From Clostridiales bacterium (lineage in GTDB: Bacteria; Bacillota; Clostridia; Lachnospirales; Lachnospiraceae), in contig JAQXIP010000009.1 of NCBI GenBank assembly GCA_029007845.1, positions 6,648-70,647 of the forward strand: a DNA stretch of 64,000 nucleotides, given 5' to 3'. The first letter of the stretch is position 1. Each line of letters starts with the position of its first letter. This document shows positions 56,782-64,000 of the stretch, in pieces. Under the pieces are notes generated by a model. It did no database searches. It had not been told where the DNA came from and saw only the letters and a list, made by a program, of their open reading frames with translations. The translations under genes were made by a program, and so were the position numbers.

Positions 56782-59247
56782 ATGAGTACAAAGTTATATG
56801 ACCTGATGAACTGGGAAAAGATCGAGGGAATCGTATATTCGGACGAAGATCATCCGAAGGATTTTCTGGGCGGACACGTGATAAAGGAAGGAATTCTGAT
56901 TCAGGCTTTTCTGCCAGACGCAAAAAGTGTAGCGGTAAAGTTTTCTGATACCGGGAAAAAGACAGAAATGGAATGCATGGATGAAAACGGATTCTATGCA
57001 GTGCTCTTAAAAGGAAAAAAAGTGCCAGATTATACGTTAATCGTAGAAAAAGAGGATGGCACCGTTACCGAACAGAGCGATCCGTATTCCTTTGGACAGG
57101 TACTTACCGATGCGGATCTGATGCTGTTTGAGAATGGTGTGAACTATCAGATCTATGAGAAGATGGGAGCCCATCCAATGGTCGTGGATGGAGTATCCGG
57201 AGTCTTGTTTGCAGTCTGGGCACCAAATGCTGTAAAAGTAAGTGTTGTTGGTGATTTTAACCACTGGGATGGCAGATGCCACCTGATGCAGCGGCTTGGA
57301 AGCTTTGGCGTATTTGAACTGTTTATACCGGGGCTTAAAGAAGGCGAGATCTACAAATATGAGATAAAGCACCGGGGGGACAAGCTGCAGTTAAAAGCAG
57401 ATCCATATGGATTTGGAAGTGAATTCCGCCCAAATACTGCCAGCGTTGTAAGAGATCTGTCCGGCTTTGAATGGCATGATTCCAAGTGGATGGAAGAGCG
57501 GAAGGTAATCGATACAAAGGAACGGCCTATGGCGATCTATGAAGTGCATCTGGGGAGCTTTCGTAAGCCGGAGAATCCGGATGGAAACCCGGAGAAAGAA
57601 TTCTATAATTACCGGGAGATTGCTCCGATTCTGGCAGAATATGTAAAGAGCATGAATTACACCCACATTGAACTGCTTCCGATTATGGAGCACCCTCTCG
57701 ACGAGTCCTGGGGGTATCAGGTTACCGGGTATTATGCACCTACTTCCAGATACGGAACCGCAAAAGACCTGATGTATTTTATTGACTATATGCACCAGCA
57801 GGGAATCGGTGTCATTCTTGACTGGGTTGCGGCTCATTTTCCAAGAGATGCGTTTGGACTGGCTAATTTTGATGGAACGGCTCTTTATGAACACTGGGAT
57901 CCAAGAAAAGGAAGCCACCCGCATTGGGGAACACTGATCTTTAACTACGGCCGCCCGCAGGTTGCCAACTTCTTGATTGCCAATGCTGTGTACTGGGTGG
58001 ACAAATATCATGCAGATGGAATCCGTATGGATGCAGTGGCGTCCATGCTTTATCTGGACTATGGCAAACAGAACGGGGAATGGGTTCCGAATATGTACGG
58101 CGGAAATGAGAATCTGGAGGCAGTCGATCTGATCCGCAGGCTGAGTCAGGTTCTGAAAGCGCGAAAAGACGGGGCGCTTCTGATTGCAGAAGAATCCACC
58201 GCATGGCCAATGGTTACTGGTGATGTGAAAGACGGTGGTCTTGGATTTGATTACAAGTGGAACATGGGCTGGATGAATGACTTTACGAATTATCTGAAAT
58301 GTGATCCGCTGTTCCGCAAAAACTGTCATGGTGAACTGACCTTCAGTATGGTATATGCATACAGCGAGAATTTTGTCCTTGTGCTCTCCCATGACGAAGT
58401 CGTACATGGAAAGTGTTCCATGCTCCAGAAGATGCCAGGGGAGGAACCACAGAAGCTTGCCAATCTAAGGGTGGCATATGGATTCATGGCAACTCATCCG
58501 GGTAAAAAGCTGTTATTTATGGGACAGGAGTTTGGCCAGACGAGTGAATGGTGTGAAAAGAAGGAACTGGACTGGAAGGAACTGGAGGAGAAAAAATCCA
58601 GACAACAGCTTCAGAGTTATGTAAGAGACTTAAATGCCTTTTATCAGGCAACTCCTGCTATGTATCTTAAGGATTATTCAAGCGATGGTTTTGAGTGGCT
58701 GAGCTGTCTCGATGCAGACCACAGTATTGTCACATTTTTAAGGAAAACCGGAAAGATCAGTGAGACGATTCTGGTCGTATGTAACTTTACACCGGTTGTG
58801 TATGAAGATTTCCGCATCGGAGTTCCGTTTAAGGGAAAATACAAAGAGATTTTCAGCAGTGATGAGAAGAAATATGGCGGTGAAGGAAGAACCAACGCCC
58901 GCTTAAAACAGTCACAGGAGATTACCTGGGATGGAAGGGAAGATTCCATAGCCATTACGGTTCCCTCTATGGGAATGGCAATCTTCCGCTGTACTCCTCT
59001 TACAAAAGCAGAATTAAAGAAAGAAGCAGAGAAGAAGGATGCCCGTCTGGCGAAAGAGGCAGCAGATCAGGCAGAAGAAGCAGCAAAACAGGCTGAACTT
59101 GCTGCTATTGAGGCAGAAGAGGCGGCAAAGGCGGCAAAAGTCTTAGCAGCTGAACAGAAAGAAAAGGCGATAAAAGCCCGCAGTCTTGCCAAAGAGAAAG
59201 AAGCGATTGCCAGCCGGCCGATTGAAAAACAGACGAGAAAAAAATAG
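56782..59247 (+). CDS. glgB: 1,4-alpha-glucan branching enzyme with an 81-aa Ala/Glu/Lys-rich C-terminal tail
   Basis: 821 aa with GH13 motifs DWVAAHF, GIRMDAV, IAEEST and LSHDEV. The tail starts at codon 741 (59002). Confidence 0.9.
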   Translation: MSTKLYDLMNWEKIEGIVYSDEDHPKDFLGGHVIKEGILIQAFLPDAKSVAVKFSDTGKKTEMECMDENGFYAVLLKGKKVPDYTLIVEKEDGTVTEQSDPYSFGQVLTDADLMLFENGVNYQIYEKMGAHPMVVDGVSGVLFAVWAPNAVKVSVVGDFNHWDGRCHLMQRLGSFGVFELFIPGLKEGEIYKYEIKHRGDKLQLKADPYGFGSEFRPNTASVVRDLSGFEWHDSKWMEERKVIDTKERPMAIYEVHLGSFRKPENPDGNPEKEFYNYREIAPILAEYVKSMNYTHIELLPIMEHPLDESWGYQVTGYYAPTSRYGTAKDLMYFIDYMHQQGIGVILDWVAAHFPRDAFGLANFDGTALYEHWDPRKGSHPHWGTLIFNYGRPQVANFLIANAVYWVDKYHADGIRMDAVASMLYLDYGKQNGEWVPNMYGGNENLEAVDLIRRLSQVLKARKDGALLIAEESTAWPMVTGDVKDGGLGFDYKWNMGWMNDFTNYLKCDPLFRKNCHGELTFSMVYAYSENFVLVLSHDEVVHGKCSMLQKMPGEEPQKLANLRVAYGFMATHPGKKLLFMGQEFGQTSEWCEKKELDWKELEEKKSRQQLQSYVRDLNAFYQATPAMYLKDYSSDGFEWLSCLDADHSIVTFLRKTGKISETILVVCNFTPVVYEDFRIGVPFKGKYKEIFSSDEKKYGGEGRTNARLKQSQEITWDGREDSIAITVPSMGMAIFRCTPLTKAELKKEAEKKDARLAKEAADQAEEAAKQAELAAIEAEEAAKAAKVLAAEQKEKAIKARSLAKEKEAIASRPIEKQTRKK

Positions 59248-59267
59248 AAAGAAGCAGGGGGTAAAGA

Positions 59268-60185
59268 ATGAACCGCTTATTTTTGGCAGATGTGGCAAAA
59301 GAACTTTCGGATGTTACAGATGAATTAAAAAACAGTGATGTATCCAGTGTCACTCCAAATCAGGTTGACAGGCTGCTCTCAGCGCTTTCCAGTGCAGGCA
59401 TGAAGCTGTTAAAATGCATCTTGATTGCACTTATCGTCTATTTTGTTGGAAAAAAGCTGATCAAGTGGATTCTTAAGATTATGGATCTGACACTGGACAG
59501 GTCCGGTGTAGATTCCGGTGTGGTACGTTTTTTACACTCTCTTGTGAAGATTACGTTAAATGTTGTGCTGTGTTTTATCGTTGCAGGCATTCTCGGTCTG
59601 GAAACTGGTTCCCTGGTTGCCGTGATCGGTTCTGCCGGACTGGCAGTAGGGCTGTCCTTACAGGGAAGTCTTGCCAATCTGGCAGGTGGAGTGCTGATTT
59701 TAATTACCAAACCATTTCACATTGGGGACTATATTGTAGTAGGCGATAAAGAAGGAACGGTAACAACGATTGATATTTTTTATACAAGGATTCTCACGGT
59801 GGATAACCGGCTGATTGTCATTCCAAACGGAACCCTGTCGAATTCCACGATTCTCAATGTTTCCAATGAAGCTTACCGCAGGGTTGACATTACGGTATCC
59901 ATTGGATATGGCAGCAGGATTGACAAGGCAAGGCAGATTCTTCTGGAGATAGCCGGTAGGAATCCACTGGCCTTAAAGGATGAGGAGCACATGCCGGAGG
60001 TAATGGTATCTTCTCTTGGAGAAAGCTCCGTAGATCTTCTATATAAGGTGTGGACAAAGCAGGAAGATTACTGGATGACAAGAAGCATTCTGCTAGAAGA
60101 GATCAAAGCACGGTTTGATGATGAAGAGATTGAGATTCCATTCCGGCAGCTCGATGTAAATCTGAACAGCTGTGAAAAAAAATAA
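59268..60185 (+). CDS. Mechanosensitive ion channel (MscS family)
   Basis: 305 aa with 3 TM helices plus PFHIGDYIVVGDKEGTVTTIDIFYTRILTVDNRLIVIPNG. Confidence 0.85.
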   Translation: MNRLFLADVAKELSDVTDELKNSDVSSVTPNQVDRLLSALSSAGMKLLKCILIALIVYFVGKKLIKWILKIMDLTLDRSGVDSGVVRFLHSLVKITLNVVLCFIVAGILGLETGSLVAVIGSAGLAVGLSLQGSLANLAGGVLILITKPFHIGDYIVVGDKEGTVTTIDIFYTRILTVDNRLIVIPNGTLSNSTILNVSNEAYRRVDITVSIGYGSRIDKARQILLEIAGRNPLALKDEEHMPEVMVSSLGESSVDLLYKVWTKQEDYWMTRSILLEEIKARFDDEEIEIPFRQLDVNLNSCEKK

Positions 60186-60266
60186 AAAAAATAAAAATTA
60201 CCCCTTTTCTTTTTTTCTTAAGTGTGGTATAGTCACTTTAGGCGAAACAGAATATTCGTACGGAAC

Positions 60267-60305
60267 AAAGGTGTTCTCAAGGGTTACTTGATGAACACCT
60301 TTTTG
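60267..60305 (+). terminator. Terminator-like hairpin inside the glnN leader (candidate attenuator)
   Basis: AAAGGTGTTC-16 nt-GAACACCTTT followed by TTGCG. It lies between an extended -10 (TGGTATAGT, 60225-60233) and the glnN start. Confidence 0.4.
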
Positions 60306-60375
60306 CGTATGAAGGGCTGTCAGCATACATAAACTCATTATGATAATAACGAACAATGGAAGGATGGAAAAAATT

Positions 60376-62487
60376 ATGGCAAAGAGTGTAATTGAAAAAG
60401 TATTTGCAGTAGACGTATTCAATGATGAAGTAATGCGTGAACGTCTTCCAAAACCAGTTTATGCAAAACTGAAGAAAACCATTGAAGATGACGAAGATTT
60501 AGATTTGGATATTGCGGGTGCAGTAGCACATGCAATGAAAGAATGGGCTCTGGAACGGGGCGCAACCCATTATACCCACTGGTTCCAGCCAATGACTGGT
60601 GTTACAGCTGAGAAACATGATTCCTTTATCACACCAACAGCTAACGGCGGTGTAATCATGGAATTCTCCGGCAAGGAACTGGTCAAAGGTGAGCCGGATG
60701 CTTCCTCATTCCCTTCTGGTGGTATCCGTGCTACCTTTGAGGCAAGAGGCTATACCGCATGGGATTGCACCTCACCTGCTTTCTTAAAAGAAGATGCTGC
60801 AGGCGTTACCTTATGTATTCCAACTGCATTCTGTTCTTACACCGGTGAAGCACTGGATAAGAAAACACCACTGCTTCGTTCTATGGAAGCAATCAGTGAC
60901 CAGGCAGTCCGTGTTCTCCGTCTGTTTGGACATGATGAAGTGAAAACCGTATCCTGCTCCGTAGGACCGGAACAGGAATACTTCCTGGTAGATGAGAAAA
61001 AATATTTACAGCGTGAAGATTTAATCTTTACCGGAAGAACCTTATTTGGTGCGATGCCTCCAAAAGGACAGGAATTGGACGATCATTACTTTGGTTCCAT
61101 CAAAGAGCGGATTGCTTCTTTCATGAAAGAGTTAAATGAAGAGTGCTGGAAAGTAGGAATCCTTGCAAAGACACAGCATAATGAAGTGGCTCCAGCACAG
61201 CATGAGATGGCTCCAATCTTCTCCACTGCCAATATTGCCACCGATCATAACCAGTTATTAATGGAGACTATGAAAAAAGTGGCAAAACGTCATGGCATGG
61301 AGTGTCTGTTACATGAAAAACCATTTGCAGGTGTGAACGGTTCCGGTAAGCATGACAACTGGTCTATCGTGACCGATACCGGAAAGAACCTGTTAGATCC
61401 AGGTAAAACACCACATGAAAATGTACAGTTCTTATTATTCCTGTCTGCCGTAATTAAAGCAGTCGATGAAAATGCAGGATTATTAAGATTATCTGCTTCC
61501 AATCCGGGTAATGACCATCGTCTGGGAGCAAACGAGGCACCTCCGGCAATCATCTCCATTTTCTTAGGAGAGCAGTTAGAGGATGTACTGGCACAGTTAC
61601 TGGAAACAGGTGAGGCAACCACAAGTAAACAGGGTGGAAAATTAAATATCGGTGTACATTCCCTTCCGGAATTAAAGAAAGATGCTACTGACCGTAACCG
61701 TACTTCACCATTTGCCTTCACTGGAAATAAATTTGAATTCCGTATGGTGGCTTCTTCCATGTCCATTGCAGATGCCAATACTGTGCTTAACACCATTGTT
61801 GCAGATACCTTGAGTGGATTTGCTGACGAGCTGGAAGGTGCTGAAGATTTTGATACTGCCGTACATGATTTAATTAAGAAAACGATCTCGGAGCATCAGA
61901 GAGTTATCTTTAACGGAAACGGCTATTCTGACGCATGGGTAGAGGAAGCAGAGAGAAGAGGTCTTCCAAACTTTAAGACAATGGTCGATGCAGTACCGGA
62001 ATTAGTAAAACCACAGACCGTTGACATGTTTGAGAGAATGCATGTATTATCAAAAGTAGAGTTAGAGTCCCGTGCAGAGATTCATTATGAGAATTACGCA
62101 AAAGTAATTAACATTGAGGCAAAGACCATGATTGAGATGGCAGGCAAGAAGTTCATCCCTGCAATTATCAAATACAACACAAGCCTTGCCCAGTCGATTA
62201 ACAGTGTAAAAGCTGCCTGTCCTTCTGCAGATGTCAGTGTTCAGTCTGAACTTCTGACAACCTGTTCTGCAAAACTGGCAGAAGCCCAGGGTGCTCTTGC
62301 TGCATTAAAAGATGTATCCAGACAGGCTGCCACAAAAGAAGAAGCCAAGGAACAGGCTGAATTCTTTAAAGATGTGGTTAAACCAGCCATGGATGCATTG
62401 CGTGCTCCAATCGATGAGTTAGAGATGATCGTTGACAAAGAATTCTGGCCGGTACCAACCTATGGTGATTTGTTATTTGAAGTATAA
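60376..62487 (+). CDS. glnN: Glutamine synthetase type III
   Basis: 703 aa from ATG 60376. Length and motifs ([26 protein letters not shown]) are typical of GSIII. Confidence 0.9.
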   Translation: MAKSVIEKVFAVDVFNDEVMRERLPKPVYAKLKKTIEDDEDLDLDIAGAVAHAMKEWALERGATHYTHWFQPMTGVTAEKHDSFITPTANGGVIMEFSGKELVKGEPDASSFPSGGIRATFEARGYTAWDCTSPAFLKEDAAGVTLCIPTAFCSYTGEALDKKTPLLRSMEAISDQAVRVLRLFGHDEVKTVSCSVGPEQEYFLVDEKKYLQREDLIFTGRTLFGAMPPKGQELDDHYFGSIKERIASFMKELNEECWKVGILAKTQHNEVAPAQHEMAPIFSTANIATDHNQLLMETMKKVAKRHGMECLLHEKPFAGVNGSGKHDNWSIVTDTGKNLLDPGKTPHENVQFLLFLSAVIKAVDENAGLLRLSASNPGNDHRLGANEAPPAIISIFLGEQLEDVLAQLLETGEATTSKQGGKLNIGVHSLPELKKDATDRNRTSPFAFTGNKFEFRMVASSMSIADANTVLNTIVADTLSGFADELEGAEDFDTAVHDLIKKTISEHQRVIFNGNGYSDAWVEEAERRGLPNFKTMVDAVPELVKPQTVDMFERMHVLSKVELESRAEIHYENYAKVINIEAKTMIEMAGKKFIPAIIKYNTSLAQSINSVKAACPSADVSVQSELLTTCSAKLAEAQGALAALKDVSRQAATKEEAKEQAEFFKDVVKPAMDALRAPIDELEMIVDKEFWPVPTYGDLLFEV

Positions 62488-62526
62488 GATTTCGGGAGCA
62501 ATCTGTAGGTAATATAACAGCGAAAG

Positions 62527-62571
62527 CCGTCTGTTTTCAACATCCTTGGATGGGAAAGCAGACGGTTTTTT
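62527..62571 (+). terminator. Intrinsic terminator after glnN
   Basis: CCGTCTGTTTT ... AAAGCAGACGG followed by TTTTTT. Confidence 0.65.
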
Positions 62572-62663
62572 GTGGGTAATTGCAAGGCGGCCTGTTTCAT
62601 GCTAAACTAAAGCAGGGGCTTATGCCCCAGACATGAAGAAAAGAAACGCAGGGAGGATATTTT

Positions 62664-64000
62664 ATGCCAGTTTTTGATTTTAGTAATTCACCGGACAGCT
62701 CCAAAGAAGCCGTGTGTACTTATACCGTTTTTCGTTCCAATGAATCGGTAACATCCGCACAACAGCCAATTCTTGTGCTGGATAACCAGTCTAATGTGCT
62801 GCAGCACCATTCCTGCGGTATGTTTACCAATCCGATCAAACGGACATCCTTTGAATTCCATGATGAAGATGGTACCATTACAGCTGATATTTTAAAGATT
62901 GATTCCCGTTTTGTAAGCCTGTTGAAATGGCTGGGAGAAAACCACATTAATGTGCGTCTTTCCGGTGCGGTAAGGGAAGATGGATATGCAGTATATAAGA
63001 TCCGTGAGATTGCGTTTGGAGGCGGTGCAAAGCTGTCTGCAGAGGACGGTTTTCTGCAGTTTATGATTGAACGACTGCTAAAAAGCAGTGCACCGGTCGA
63101 GGAAACGCCAGACGAGGAAGACGAGGAAGAGACCGGGGACAGCATGAAGCTTACAAGCATCCAGAGTATTACGGACTTTATGAACTGTGCCGGGAGAACC
63201 CTGCCGGATAACATCCGTCTCTGGGCAAGAAGAAATCTGGCAGTAGCCCGTTCCAGTGAGGTGTCCCAGGAAGAACGCCGCCATGCCCAGCGCGCCCTGT
63301 CTATTATGATGAATATCCAGTGGAAGAGTAATTATTTTGAGGCAATTGATATCGGGGAAGCACGCCGGATTCTTGACGAGGAGTTATACGGGATGGAACG
63401 GGTAAAACAGAGAATTATTGAGACCATTATCCAGATTAACCGCACCCACACCCTGCCTGCTTATGGACTCCTGCTCATTGGACCGGCAGGAACCGGCAAG
63501 TCCCAGATCGCTTATGCGGTAGCCCGGATCTTAAAACTGCCATGGACAACCCTGGACATGAGTTCCATCAACGATCCGGAGCAGCTCACCGGAAGCTCCC
63601 GGATATACGCCAATGCAAAACCAGGAATTATTATGGACGCATTTTCCATGGCCGGAGAATCCAATCTGGTTTTCATTATTAACGAGCTGGACAAGGCATC
63701 TGCCGGAAAAGGAAATGGGAATCCGGCGGATGTGCTATTAACCCTGCTGGATAACCTGGGCTTTACCGATAATTACATGGAGTGTATGATTCCAACTGTT
63801 GGTGTGTACCCGATTGCTACTGCCAACGATAAAGACCAGATCAGCGCTCCGCTTATGTCCCGGTTTGCGGTAATTGAGATTCCGGATTACACGCCAGAAG
63901 AAAAGAAGGTGATCTTCTCCCGGTACGCCCTTCCAAAAGTGCTTAAGAGAATGGGCATGCGTGAGGAAGAATGTGTTCTGACTCCGGACGGACTGGATGC
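62664..64000 (+). CDS. AAA+ ATPase with a Lon-type AAA module and an unknown N-terminal domain (partial, runs off the window)
   Basis: ATG 62664 lies 6 nt after GGGAGGA, and the frame stays open to the window end (445 codons). Walker A GPAGTGKS and Walker B VFIINELDK. Acidic linker PDEEDEEETGD. Not listed in the ORF track because no stop codon is reached. Confidence 0.7.
   Translation, partial: MPVFDFSNSPDSSKEAVCTYTVFRSNESVTSAQQPILVLDNQSNVLQHHSCGMFTNPIKRTSFEFHDEDGTITADILKIDSRFVSLLKWLGENHINVRLSGAVREDGYAVYKIREIAFGGGAKLSAEDGFLQFMIERLLKSSAPVEETPDEEDEEETGDSMKLTSIQSITDFMNCAGRTLPDNIRLWARRNLAVARSSEVSQEERRHAQRALSIMMNIQWKSNYFEAIDIGEARRILDEELYGMERVKQRIIETIIQINRTHTLPAYGLLLIGPAGTGKSQIAYAVARILKLPWTTLDMSSINDPEQLTGSSRIYANAKPGIIMDAFSMAGESNLVFIINELDKASAGKGNGNPADVLLTLLDNLGFTDNYMECMIPTVGVYPIATANDKDQISAPLMSRFAVIEIPDYTPEEKKVIFSRYALPKVLKRMGMREEECVLTPDGLD

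Noticed and set aside
57391-58407. 338-aa minus-strand ORF.
   Set aside because: It is entirely antisense to the well-supported glgB gene and has no RBS or motifs. This is a typical shadow ORF.

Overview
This 64-kb window looks like a housekeeping-dominated chromosomal segment of an anaerobic Firmicute of class Clostridia, probably a Lachnospiraceae-type gut organism. That placement is inferred from gene content and synteny only: SCIFF next to tgt-yajC-secDF, HydG, type III glutamine synthetase, and dgt-dnaG-rpoD-trmK. No database search was possible, and every family call rests on motifs read by eye. I support about 60 protein-coding genes covering amino-acid and central metabolism (ilvE, leuA, metY, aroD, pyk, citrate synthase, glgB, glnN), information processing (dnaG, rpoD, recJ, tgt, queH, trmK), secretion (yajC, secDF) and envelope functions. 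Three elements are missing or mis-shown in the ORF track. RNase P RNA (minus strand, about 42680-43028) is masked by a spurious 139-aa ORF. The 46-aa SCIFF precursor (50468-50608) falls below the ORF cutoff. An open-ended AAA+ gene starts at 62664 and runs off the window. Regulatory RNA candidates are a Leu-type T-box leader upstream of leuA, an unclassified leader with terminator and antiterminator pairings upstream of the TM1266-like/HydG pair, and a terminator-like hairpin in the glnN leader. The most unusual signal is two families of MITE-like palindromic repeats filling four intergenic regions (8.1, 12.5, 31.4 and 50.2 kb). Two copies have clean 8-bp target-site duplications, and one family shows compensatory changes that preserve a hairpin. 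Other systems worth a second look are a tandem pair of dynamin-like GTPases (32.4-36.1 kb), an NlpC/P60-MoxR-DUF58-transglutaminase operon (22.8-28.6 kb) and a four-gene ECF sigma module with ATGA-coupled genes (6.2-8.1 kb). I saw no CRISPR array, tRNA, rRNA, transposase, integrase or prophage genes. RNA ends, promoters and several start codons are approximate.
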